Positions 41,801-49,945 of a stretch of 64,000 nt of DNA are shown one piece after another. Made by a program: the position numbers and the translations under genes. This stretch comes from a virus: positions 45,193 to 109,192 of the IMG/VR virus record IMGVR_UViG_3300009103_002144. One strand, 5' to 3'. The notes under the pieces are model-generated. The model did no database searches. It was not told where the DNA came from and saw only the letters and a program-made list of their open reading frames with translations. The stretch's first letter is position 1. Each line of letters starts with the position of its first letter.

Positions 41801-44091
41801 GGGTTGCCAGATGTTCCAACATGAAGATCTTTCCCGGTTGTAACTAGAGATGCATTTCCGCCAAGAAAGACGGGGATATTTGTCGAATCTGTCGCTAATT
41901 GAACACCATGCACAGTTGAATCAGCATTGATATATACCCCAGCGTTCCCCGCTCCTTTCGCACCGATTTTAACCTCAGACCCGCTGAATATCAATTGCGA
42001 CGTCGCATGGATCGATGCACCGGCGTCGGAGGTTGCAATAAGACCTGTGAGGCCAGCATTTATATCAATCACAGTCGCGTTTAATTCGACTTCCGTTGTC
42101 GCTGCGCCAACCTGAATCTTGGATGTGTTTGCACTCGTGCCTATGGAGATATTGTTACCTGTTGGTCCGGCATCGATAAGAACGCTATTACTACCGGTCA
42201 TAATCAGTAAGCCATCAGCATTAAGCGTTAAGGAGGCTTTGCTACTTCCTGTTCCCACCGTTTTTATGGTGTGAGCGCCTTGGTTTCCAGAGCCGCTCAT
42301 CTGTAGATAATTATTTTGGTAACCACTTGCCCCTGAACCACTCGATGCTAGCGTTACTGTATATCCACCTTTCCCAGCAGTGTCTTCGGGATCGACAGAA
42401 TGATGTTCAATTACAAAGATCTTCTCTGTCGATTCAGTCTTTCCAGTGTTGAAGCGGTTCCACCCCCGGTTCCATACAGATACGTCACCACCGCGAGAGG
42501 TGATATTGATAACTCCATCTGTGTCATTTGCATCGTACCCGGCGGTGATATTGATGTCATCGGTTGCTCTCAGCTGAATGTTGTCTTCTGACGTCAGATA
42601 CATGTCTCCGAGACCGGCACCTATCTTTATTCCACTACTAGGCTTGGACGCTGTTATAATCAGCGTATGGGAACCAGGATAATCGTATTTATTTTTGGGA
42701 CCAGCACCGGATGCGGCTTCTTGGTAGAAGATAGCTGTATCACCGCCGCCTTTTGTTCCACCACCATAAAAACTAATCCCAAGCTCCTGGCCAAATTCAC
42801 CTTGGGTTGGTGAGCTTTCCTTTCCTGGAATGTAAATTCCACTTGAAGCCGTCACTTCCCCATATTCGAATTCAAAATGTACGGGATAGGTGTTTGTTCC
42901 CTGAAATCTTAGTCTGGCATTATCATCGGCCCCTGGGGTACGGGGTTGATGTCGAATTCGTAACCGAACATCGCGTGAATCAAAATAAAAGTCCCTGAAC
43001 GGATCAAGTGCTATATCACCAGAACCAGATATCGTAAAAACGCTCTTGTCTGGATTGTCCTTGGAGAATCCGCCCGCTCTTCCAGCATGTAGCCCATCAC
43101 CCGCAACCAGGAACCGGAAACCACCCTTTTTTAATCCAGCATCAATAGAGCTTGAGTTAATAAAATCAGAATACCAGTGTGACGGTACAGGTTTCCCCCC
43201 GATATTTGTATCGGCAGATCCTGAAATGCTCCACCGATCTTGTTGAACATAAGTTGGGACCATGGGGGGCCCAACTGCTGCGGGCTTGTAGGAAGCAGTA
43301 GTTGCATGCCCGAAGCTAGGGCCTTCCTGAAAGGCGGGCCCGCCTGCGGTGCCGCCGGGAGTATTTGTGGGGTGGTGCCAGCTGGCAGAGTTGTTAAGGA
43401 TTATATCTTCACTTGGATCATAAAATCCCGATCCATCACCGGAGAGATTTCCAGAAATATGAACATCGCCTTCGAATAATGCGATACCACCGGTCTGCAT
43501 TCCTCTTCCACCGACTGAACCCGAGAATACTACGAAAGCATCTTTATTTTTTGTTAAGTTATTTACCTTGCCTGCCCAGTCTGTCATCCTAAATGAAACT
43601 CTAGGTGGGATGATCGAGTTTCCCTTCTGGATTACTAATGCATCCTGGGTCTCACCACCATACAGCGTTGGAGAAGAGAATAAGTTTCCAGATAGAAACG
43701 TATTATCAAACACCTGGAAATCACCATCGACAGTCTTATCAACGTTAATAACTTGTCGTTTACCGAAAAGCGTTCCACTGATTATGACATCTCCCATAAA
43801 GAGTACAGCGCTTCCTCCCGGACTAACAACTGGTTTGTCAATGTGTTCACCGGTGTTTGCAGTACCAGAGAATACCAACCATGGCTCATTCCCAAACTCT
43901 TCGAACATGCCGGCGTCTACCATGGTACCACCATGGTCCTGTGCATTACTAGCAGACATAATAACCATTCCTAAGTGTGGATGGTATTTCAAGTTGCTTT
44001 CTTGCTCACTCCCGCCAACGGTCGGCCAAGCTGTACCTGAAGCAATTATTGTGTGAAATCGTATTTGATCTGCTCTAAAATCCTTAGCCAT
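38848..44091 (-). CDS. Giant tail fibre protein
   Basis: 1747 aa. Five FSGS...LFxGDVxISG repeats and a C-terminal LGSSTARWANVYTGDLHLKN.RGDWTI.E typical of fibre ends. Confidence 0.8.
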   Translation of the reverse strand: MAKDFRADQIRFHTIIASGTAWPTVGGSEQESNLKYHPHLGMVIMSASNAQDHGGTMVDAGMFEEFGNEPWLVFSGTANTGEHIDKPVVSPGGSAVLFMGDVIISGTLFGKRQVINVDKTVDGDFQVFDNTFLSGNLFSSPTLYGGETQDALVIQKGNSIIPPRVSFRMTDWAGKVNNLTKNKDAFVVFSGSVGGRGMQTGGIALFEGDVHISGNLSGDGSGFYDPSEDIILNNSASWHHPTNTPGGTAGGPAFQEGPSFGHATTASYKPAAVGPPMVPTYVQQDRWSISGSADTNIGGKPVPSHWYSDFINSSSIDAGLKKGGFRFLVAGDGLHAGRAGGFSKDNPDKSVFTISGSGDIALDPFRDFYFDSRDVRLRIRHQPRTPGADDNARLRFQGTNTYPVHFEFEYGEVTASSGIYIPGKESSPTQGEFGQELGISFYGGGTKGGGDTAIFYQEAASGAGPKNKYDYPGSHTLIITASKPSSGIKIGAGLGDMYLTSEDNIQLRATDDINITAGYDANDTDGVINITSRGGDVSVWNRGWNRFNTGKTESTEKIFVIEHHSVDPEDTAGKGGYTVTLASSGSGASGYQNNYLQMSGSGNQGAHTIKTVGTGSSKASLTLNADGLLIMTGSNSVLIDAGPTGNNISIGTSANTSKIQVGAATTEVELNATVIDINAGLTGLIATSDAGASIHATSQLIFSGSEVKIGAKGAGNAGVYINADSTVHGVQLATDSTNIPVFLGGNASLVTTGKDLHVGTSGNPGNADVWGNLTVHGDFIKGHVITASLSDPVLEINSGSVQRNSGGGIAISSGSRVEWMKSDYGHGVGTFVPALVFGRDTQTYGSGHGIDTFLVGRMAMHAHPGVDENLGGTVPIDLRAAGFRTAAGMTVTASQVPGASTYNVKVGNTGSAGQLTLHAGTLSGGGALGPMVFSGSSYSFNSTGVSGTAQKIYLDVNDNVFFQSAQGTSNNRLDLNLATGLRLSNAPTIELGSDNLLVRQGDGTNPNGLLMKANGQTLQMSASFYSMDLSSAQHLYFNEAVANPVRWTLTGNKLELDLMGSMQGLKFTDGQNIYFASDNKYINGSGQTSNGNLSYGTSKEITVKTTGMGQSVEIFAAEANTAQGAGTGAVLIFTSSAPNIAPDTGYASLGYSAGELDNGMFTDKNEDVTLIFSGSAGNLPLKHNRGTSLFTGDVVISGSMALGEYIYHDGQENSVGGAPQTAIRFQDRRIKLISSGTEILNADGQSSIKTLNINGGQVAVDTKIYSNAPTTSPAITVIGHDNTGRVMLHNTFSDSNPNIDPANGDDVLLFFSGSTGSKYQAGDTAAATRATALFGGDVYVSGALGAGSIELSNLTLTSTSAYLRFYDANHYIQKSGTNLMFRDNSLGTAKSLTQLASLAVSDDLFSVTRTALNVPNYGMTTGSFSFDSGFDGYSDNNPRPTNLVSSNDSGAGNSDVFFFVSGAIGMRTRAPADIANQLNRRSISLFGGDVHISGTLTSDNTSFGGSLNKAYDTNDAGVEGAGLGREVTVDNGAIWLHNAAVTGDDILLDVVGSAKVGQIKIAPIADSNGFFTYGGVFVTGSAGQLGFGVGGSAVADMSMIINSNKNISIQTNAGNSRKLFWDPNEASTFIQYTNTAGSQPGPKILHIANRTASGRISFSMGSSGNTSTGSGFEGNLAVSGSLLPGFDSEYNLGSSTARWANVYTGDLHLKNNRGDWTIYEERDMLVVVNNITGKKYKMGLTPLEDDE

Positions 44092-44100
44092 TTTTTCCTC

Positions 44101-44442
44101 TTATGCCCACGTAGAAAGAGCTTGATAGTTTATCGTAAGTGAACCGCTTATGAACGCTGATGAAGAAGCCATCCACTTCCACTGCTCTAAGGTGGGATCC
44201 CACACTATCGAGGTGGTAAAAGTATTTACGTTTGCAACTTCTCCTGTGGGGGTAAGTATTACGGTTGGTTTCGCGCGTTCTGGATGTTGTGAATTATCTA
44301 AATATTGAGTGGCGGAGTCTGATGCTTGAGATATGGTGATCTGTCCCCATGAAATCCCAGCCTCAGAATTCCTAAAGTAGGTATATGTCGATGGGGGTGA
44401 TGAGCCACTTAGTATTTTATCTCTATAAGGCCAAGATGCCAT
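44101..44442 (-). CDS. Small virion/fibre-associated beta protein
   Basis: Start likely ATG 44442 (TAATG coupling). Shares a PxVxxTPxG motif with its neighbour. Confidence 0.55.
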   Translation of the reverse strand: MASWPYRDKILSGSSPPSTYTYFRNSEAGISWGQITISQASDSATQYLDNSQHPERAKPTVILTPTGEVANVNTFTTSIVWDPTLEQWKWMASSSAFISGSLTINYQALSTWA

Positions 44443-44804
44443 TACGTCCCCGCCTTCACTGATTGAATCAAAACAGTGCCTGTCCATTTTGTACTAGCTG
44501 CAATCGTAACAGAGGCCTTTTTACTACCTGGGGCAGCAATGCCACCAATCTCAATTTTAGTTAGATAAATGTTGAGGTCACTATCGTTAGAGTCTCCAAG
44601 TGGTGTTGCAGTTATGACAGGTGTCGAGTCATAATTCTCTTTTAGTGTAAACGTGACAGATTCTTCGTCTACAAACTTAACTTCCCACGTCTCGATGATT
44701 AGCGGTCCGTCTCCCATATAGGAATTTACGGGTAACTTGCGAAACCGAGGGTATACTTTTCGATATCGATTTTTATCAATCTTCTTTAGCTTTGTACTTC
44801 CCAT
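44442..44804 (-). CDS. Small virion/fibre-associated beta protein
   Basis: 120 aa containing YDSTPVITATPLG. GAGG RBS and ATATTTA motif upstream. Confidence 0.6.
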   Translation of the reverse strand: MGSTKLKKIDKNRYRKVYPRFRKLPVNSYMGDGPLIIETWEVKFVDEESVTFTLKENYDSTPVITATPLGDSNDSDLNIYLTKIEIGGIAAPGSKKASVTIAASTKWTGTVLIQSVKAGT

Positions 44805-44838
44805 CAGACACCTCTTCTCTAAATATGCACGGGAAGAG

Positions 44839-46149
44839 TTAAAGAATTAAAGAAGCTAGAGAAGCTATGTCTGATCTCTGTCCCTTTTCGAGCTGTACAT
44901 GTGCTGTAGAATTTTTATCCCTGAATTTGTGGACTACAATGGATAGACCGTTACTTAGCTTGTTGATATATGGAGTGTCAATTTGGTCTGTATCACCAAG
45001 TAGCACAATCTTTGATCCCTTTCCAATTCTAGTGATAATCGTTTTCAATTCATGTACTGTTGCATTTTGCGCTTCATCAACAATGACGTAGGAATCGTTA
45101 AATGTTCTTCCCCGAATATATGCCAATGGTGCAACCTCTAATTCACCTTTATCTCTCATCATTTCAAAGTACGTAAAGTTCTTATCACTTAACATTGTTC
45201 TGAAGTTGTCAGTGATTGGTGCAAGCCACGGCTGCATCTTGTCATCCATATCCCCAGGTAAGTATCCAAGATCCCTTCCAACCGGCTGTATGGATCTGGA
45301 AACTACTATTCTTTTCCACCTACCCTGCTGTACTCCGTCGATACCAGCCATTAGTGCTAAAAATGTTTTTCCAGACCCAGCAAGACCGGTTAGGGTTACG
45401 AGTTCTATATCATCACGCATCAAAGCTTCGACAGCAAAAGCTTGCTCTTTATTTTTCGCCTCGAAATTACTCATAAGTTGTCCTGGCTTTTTTACCAGCG
45501 GATAAAGATGATCATCTCTATGTATTGCCAATGCTGAGCCCGTTTTATCACCGGTTGTCATAACAACGAATTCGTTCGGTAAGAGATCATGATCGGAGAG
45601 TCGAAACTTTCCATCTCTATAAAAAGCATCAATGTTTTCTTTCGCTTCGTAAACCTCTCTGTGCCCCCTGTATTCTACGTTCGAGCTCTCGAGGTGGTCT
45701 TTATAGTAATCCTCGGCTCGTATACCTAGAGCGTCACATTTCACCCTTAGATTGATGTCTTTCGTTATAACCACAACCGGCCCACCATCACGATCTCTCT
45801 CAGACATGCATGTAGCCAATATTTTATTATCACCACTGTCTTTAGCTAGCCCTCGCGGTAGCTTAGATAAGTCCTCATCAATTGTGATCTTAATCGTTTG
45901 TCCATCCGACAAAGAGGTCGGAATAGCAACACCAACGTCAAGTCTCCCACTTCCTCGAAGCTCATCTAAAAAACGATTGATGTATCTAGCAGCTTCACCA
46001 ATCACCCCTGGTTTTTCTTTGAATCGATCAATTTCATCCATCACCTGCAGGGGTAAAATAACATCATTTCCTGGGAATGAATGAATAGCAGACTTATCAT
46101 ACAGAAGTACGCTTGTGTCTAAAATAAATCGCTTTCTTTTGTTTTCCAA
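44839..46149 (-). CDS. phoH: PIN-domain PhoH-family ATPase
   Basis: N-terminal PIN (FILDTSVLL, DNKIL, TKDINLRVK). Walker A GLAGSGKT, GYLPG, RGRTF, DEAQN, GDTDQID. Confidence 0.95.
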   Translation of the reverse strand: MENKRKRFILDTSVLLYDKSAIHSFPGNDVILPLQVMDEIDRFKEKPGVIGEAARYINRFLDELRGSGRLDVGVAIPTSLSDGQTIKITIDEDLSKLPRGLAKDSGDNKILATCMSERDRDGGPVVVITKDINLRVKCDALGIRAEDYYKDHLESSNVEYRGHREVYEAKENIDAFYRDGKFRLSDHDLLPNEFVVMTTGDKTGSALAIHRDDHLYPLVKKPGQLMSNFEAKNKEQAFAVEALMRDDIELVTLTGLAGSGKTFLALMAGIDGVQQGRWKRIVVSRSIQPVGRDLGYLPGDMDDKMQPWLAPITDNFRTMLSDKNFTYFEMMRDKGELEVAPLAYIRGRTFNDSYVIVDEAQNATVHELKTIITRIGKGSKIVLLGDTDQIDTPYINKLSNGLSIVVHKFRDKNSTAHVQLEKGQRSDIASLASLIL

Positions 46150-46227
46150 AATTTTCTCCTTGAAAAATTAGCTGGTTCTCTCTTAAAATACTGACATAAG
46201 CCTGTAAAGCGCTTAGAGGAATATTGA

Positions 46228-46536
46228 ATGAATAAAGAAAAAACACCCAAAATAAAAAAGCCGAGAGCAAAGGGCTCTGACATAATTGAGGGTTTAACAT
46301 GCTTCAAAGCGCACTCAGACATGGGTGTCGAGTGTAGGAAGACTGATTGTCGATATTGGCAAAAGATGAAAGAAAAGAAACATTGCAACTGTGTTGTGCT
46401 AGCTGCCAACGACGGACCCATGACATTACAGGAAGTTGGTGACATATTCAGCGTAACCCGCATGAGGATATGTCAAATAGAGAAACTAGCAAAACGTTTC
46501 TTAAAATCATCGTCTCCAAAAATATTATCTGATTGA
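46228..46536 (+). CDS. Stand-alone sigma-70 region 4 protein with Cys-rich N-terminus
   Basis: MTLQEVGDIFSVTRMRICQIEKLA HTH preceded by C/H-rich CFKAH...CRKTDC...HCNC. Confidence 0.8.
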   Translation: MNKEKTPKIKKPRAKGSDIIEGLTCFKAHSDMGVECRKTDCRYWQKMKEKKHCNCVVLAANDGPMTLQEVGDIFSVTRMRICQIEKLAKRFLKSSSPKILSD

Positions 46537-46564
46537 CCACACTATTAACTATTCATTTCAAAAC

Positions 46565-46593
46565 AAAAAAAGGAGAGCTTTCGCTCTCCTTTT
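46565..46593. terminator. Intrinsic (probably bidirectional) terminator
   Basis: AAAAGGAGAGC-TTTC-GCTCTCCTTTT perfect stem between convergent genes. GAAA tetraloop and U7 tail on the minus strand. Confidence 0.9.
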
Positions 46594-46619
46594 GGGTTCA
46601 TTCGAATGATAGGGAATGA

Positions 46620-46814
46620 CTACTTGGCTTTTTCAACCTCTAAGGTTAATTTAACCAAACTTGCTGAAGCATCCTTGAGTCTACGAAGTCCACGTCTGGC
46701 TCTTACACCAGCCGACTTATTTCCGTGTGCGTTCTTGTGCACGTCTAACTCTAAAGATGCTACTAGCTCCTTCAGGCTTTCCCAATTTTCGAGAATTGTG
46801 TTTGAATCACTCAT
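46620..46814 (-). CDS. Histone H1-like Hc1-family protein
   Basis: 64 aa from ATG 46814. KNAHGNKSAGVRARRGLRRLK matches the Hc1-family GNKxAxxRxR core. Confidence 0.75.
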   Translation of the reverse strand: MSDSNTILENWESLKELVASLELDVHKNAHGNKSAGVRARRGLRRLKDASASLVKLTLEVEKAK

Positions 46815-47055
46815 TGTTTTCTCCCGGGTGAAGAATCTTTGGGCGCTCTTCATCCTCTTCTTTTGTTATTGCCCTATTGATTGCAAGCATCATCTCCCTA
46901 TCTTCTAGCTCGAGTGCAAGCAAATTGATTATATTTCTAATTTGTTCTTGATTAACACCGAATCTCAAAATTTCTTGTGTGATATCTCTGGACTTCTTGG
47001 TATCTAAAAGCCAATCGGTGTCTTCTTTGTCTAACTTTTCTGCTGTTTCATTCAT
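46807..47055 (-). CDS. Hypothetical protein
   Basis: 82 aa, coupled to neighbours. Confidence 0.6.
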   Translation of the reverse strand: MNETAEKLDKEDTDWLLDTKKSRDITQEILRFGVNQEQIRNIINLLALELEDREMMLAINRAITKEEDEERPKILHPGENNE

Positions 47056-47516
47056 CCTATTGTCTCATCAATCTGGTATGGCTCAATTATAAATTTACCT
47101 AATCCTTGGTAGTGTAAAACCTTGCCCATTTTTTTGTTCTCTATGATTTCAGAAGTTAGTGTGATAAATTCCCCAGCTCTTTCATTGTCTATTATGAATT
47201 TAGCATGCTCATAATCGGGCAGCGTTTTTTCATGCGACTTAAGGACCGCAGTAACCCCCTCAGGAAGCATTAAAGATATATCTTCGATTGTCATCGCAAC
47301 TCTAGAGAGCTCTTTACCATTTATTATTTTAGATTGACAAAGCCCAATGATATTATGAGCGACACCACAGTTATTACAGTTCACTATTTTTTTAGTAATT
47401 TCATCTTTATCATTGATTACCGAGAATACTATAAATTTATGCAACGGCGCGTTTTCTCGATTTTTGAGAGTCGGTAAAATACAGCGACACTCTATGAGAT
47501 GCTTAACGCCTTGCAT
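47052..47516 (-). CDS. Hypothetical putative Zn-binding protein
   Basis: CRC and CNNCGVAH...C motifs. Confidence 0.6.
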   Translation of the reverse strand: MQGVKHLIECRCILPTLKNRENAPLHKFIVFSVINDKDEITKKIVNCNNCGVAHNIIGLCQSKIINGKELSRVAMTIEDISLMLPEGVTAVLKSHEKTLPDYEHAKFIIDNERAGEFITLTSEIIENKKMGKVLHYQGLGKFIIEPYQIDETIG

Positions 47517-47518
47517 AT

Positions 47519-47752
47519 CTAGAGCTTCTTTGATGCTAGTACTTTGAACGCTGAATCTTTTAGAATTGGCTCAAGTACAGAAATAAGAGAGTTAGCTTGG
47601 TCCCTACTTAAACGATTATTTTCAGCAGTGGGGGGGCTAGACATTTCTACAATACTTCCTTGTACAGAATCATTCTGGTACGTCAATATCTCCATGACTA
47701 AATCGCGAACTTGTCTTGAAGTCCATTTTTGTGCACTTTTTCTTGTGGGCAT
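47519..47752 (-). CDS. Hypothetical protein
   Basis: 77 aa with a strong AGGAGG RBS and promoter upstream. Confidence 0.65.
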   Translation of the reverse strand: MPTRKSAQKWTSRQVRDLVMEILTYQNDSVQGSIVEMSSPPTAENNRLSRDQANSLISVLEPILKDSAFKVLASKKL

Positions 47753-47770
47753 TTTCCATCCTCCTGGGGT

Positions 47771-47800
47771 TAATTATAACCACTATCATGAGTAGTAAAC
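47771..47800 (-). promoter_or_regulatory. Strong sigma70/T4-early-like promoter overlapping an ATANTTA box
   Basis: GTTTAC-N16-TATAAT with GTGG before the -10. ATAATTA overlaps the -10. Confidence 0.7.
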
Positions 47801-47802
47801 AA

Positions 47803-48279
47803 TCATTTCGCAAAAGCGTCTGCTAGCGAAGAAGAAGCCCAAGCATTGGGCTTTACAACTGCATTATACCCAAATGAATTTACCCATGAAACGGCATTTG
47901 TTAAAACTCTTGAAGACGCAAACCTCTTATCGGGATTGATGTCAAGGTGTACGCTTATATTTTTGTCTGGAAATTCTCGCTGAACTCTGTGAGCAATATC
48001 TAAAGCTAATTCTGCTTCTTTCATAAGTCTAAACGGGATTGAAGAGAATGCTTCATCAGTGCTTCTTTTTCTGTGGAAATAAAACGTTCCGCCACGCCTT
48101 TGTACATAACCAGCAATTACTATTGCAAAGATATAGATGCCACCAACCTTATGGGAATCGCATCCTACATGAATTTCATAAAGATTATTTCCCTTAATTT
48201 TCTCTATTATATCGCTAAATGATGTCGGCTCGGAGTCTGCATCGTGCCAATTGATCGTCGATGTTCTCCACTTCGTCAT
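47803..48279 (-). CDS. RNase H-like YkuK/DUF458 family protein
   Basis: VGCDS, RLMKEA, VHLDIN, KPNAWASSSLAD. Confidence 0.8.
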   Translation of the reverse strand: MTKWRTSTINWHDADSEPTSFSDIIEKIKGNNLYEIHVGCDSHKVGGIYIFAIVIAGYVQRRGGTFYFHRKRSTDEAFSSIPFRLMKEAELALDIAHRVQREFPDKNISVHLDINPDKRFASSRVLTNAVSWVNSFGYNAVVKPNAWASSSLADAFAK

Positions 48280-48280
48280 A

Positions 48281-49600
48281 TTAGTCCAGCTTGATAATGG
48301 CCATAATTTTATTTATGGCTTGAACATCTGATATCGCCCTCCTTACACAAATTTCAGCGACCTGCTTAGGTAATAGTCGCGGGATATATATCGACGGAGA
48401 ATATCCAATCCGACCATAGATTGTATCTAAGGAAACGACACCCTCTCTTCCTGCGCATGATAATAACTGAAATAAACCTCCAGCTCGATCTTGCAAGATC
48501 CCTAGCTCTGCTCTAGTGCAGTTAATCTTCACCACAGCTTTTCTTGTCGATAGTCTTGATAAGCGCTTCCGCAAAATGCTCTTAACGTCGTCAACTTTCT
48601 CTTTACCCAGATTGTTCTGTATGTCTTTTTGAAGAATTCTTATTGCATCAAAATTATGCTTCGTAGTCTTTATAGAAAGCTCATTCTTCTTGTCAGAATA
48701 TATTACTGAATTCGGAACCATTTCGCTAAAATCTAGTCCACTCAATAACAGTCCGGTGTCTTTTGATACTGGAAACGTTTTTGAAATTTCGCACATATCT
48801 TTGACTTGATTGATATTATCTAAATCTTTATTCAGGATGAGTGGAAGCACTTTAATAAGGTCTTTCTCCCAATTAACTCGAAGAGTATTCGCAACATCAT
48901 CAGAGTAATTGCTTGCAATAATAACAGCTGGAATGCTTTGCTCGTATGAGTACGTGAGGAGATGATGAATTTCACTAACTTCAAGAATCGCACCATCAAC
49001 AATAATGACTAAGCATCTATTGAATTCTATCGTACTAAGATCTTCTGAATCAAAAAATGAGTGAGTTGTACATGAGAATTTTGAACTACAATCTATTTCC
49101 ACCCGATTTACGGCATCAGTTTTTTCAACCACAATTGAGCCTAATGCCCCGGCTTCCTGCACGGCGCTTAAGAACAGTGGCTTATTTTTGATGGTTGGCT
49201 CATCGTGGATTGTCTTCTCCCATTCAGAGATAACAACCTCTGAATTTACCCTCTTAGCCTGTCCTACATCTTTTAATAATTCTCTAAAATCGGCACTTTC
49301 TTTACTCTTCAATAAGTGTTCTACAATCAGAAGGTAAAGTGGTATCCCTATAGAACATCTTGCGTTGATATTATATACGCTATTGAGTATTAAATTTCGA
49401 TATGCTGGTTCTGAATTGTTTAGCCCAATTAAAAGTGCACGAAAAGAATCATTCCACCCAATGGTGTGAAGACTGTCATCTAATAATATCGACAATGAAA
49501 GACTGTCAACTTCTTGAACAGCTTGGGAGATATCTTTTCTTAAAGAATTCTTACACCCTTGAATCTCATCCCTGCATATTACATCATTCTTTGCAGACAT
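48281..49600 (-). CDS. Divergent chaperonin (GroEL/TCP-1-like)
   Basis: Apical-domain-like IIVDGAILEVSEIHHLL...VIIASNYSDDVANTL and LRKRLSRLS. No GDGTT motif. Confidence 0.55.
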   Translation of the reverse strand: MSAKNDVICRDEIQGCKNSLRKDISQAVQEVDSLSLSILLDDSLHTIGWNDSFRALLIGLNNSEPAYRNLILNSVYNINARCSIGIPLYLLIVEHLLKSKESADFRELLKDVGQAKRVNSEVVISEWEKTIHDEPTIKNKPLFLSAVQEAGALGSIVVEKTDAVNRVEIDCSSKFSCTTHSFFDSEDLSTIEFNRCLVIIVDGAILEVSEIHHLLTYSYEQSIPAVIIASNYSDDVANTLRVNWEKDLIKVLPLILNKDLDNINQVKDMCEISKTFPVSKDTGLLLSGLDFSEMVPNSVIYSDKKNELSIKTTKHNFDAIRILQKDIQNNLGKEKVDDVKSILRKRLSRLSTRKAVVKINCTRAELGILQDRAGGLFQLLSCAGREGVVSLDTIYGRIGYSPSIYIPRLLPKQVAEICVRRAISDVQAINKIMAIIKLD

Positions 49601-49611
49601 GCCGGCTCCGG

Positions 49612-49881
49612 TTAGTGAAGGGTGCTATTCGTCTTCTTCTTACCGGCACCGAAAAGGCTCCCTAGTGCTTCGCCTAATTCACCCGCTTGTTCATTTAGCT
49701 GTTGAATCGCTTGTTTTTTCGCCTCTTCAACCTTCTGTTTCTCACTCCATTCCAGGGAGAAGCGAATCATCCCACCCAATACTGCTAGTCCAAAAATACA
49801 GCTTGCTGCCAAAACGTTATGCCACAACATTGCGGCTGCAAACAAGACCATCATTTCAGACATCCCGAATCTTATATTCAT
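49612..49881 (-). CDS. Small membrane protein
   Basis: Two hydrophobic segments and a coiled tail. AGGAG RBS before ATG 49881. Confidence 0.6.
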   Translation of the reverse strand: MNIRFGMSEMMVLFAAAMLWHNVLAASCIFGLAVLGGMIRFSLEWSEKQKVEEAKKQAIQQLNEQAGELGEALGSLFGAGKKKTNSTLH

Positions 49882-49916
49882 TTTTGCTCCTATAAGCAAA
49901 CTAATTTGCTAAAACT

Positions 49917-49945
49917 ATTGTAATGGAAAGATGGATTTAGTTCAA
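49917..49945 (-). promoter_or_regulatory. Sigma70-like promoter
   Basis: TTGAAC-N17-TACAAT. Confidence 0.55.

Noticed and set aside
46119-46463. 114-aa minus-strand ORF
   Set aside because: Antisense shadow of the recognisable sigma4 gene. It also overlaps the phoH start.
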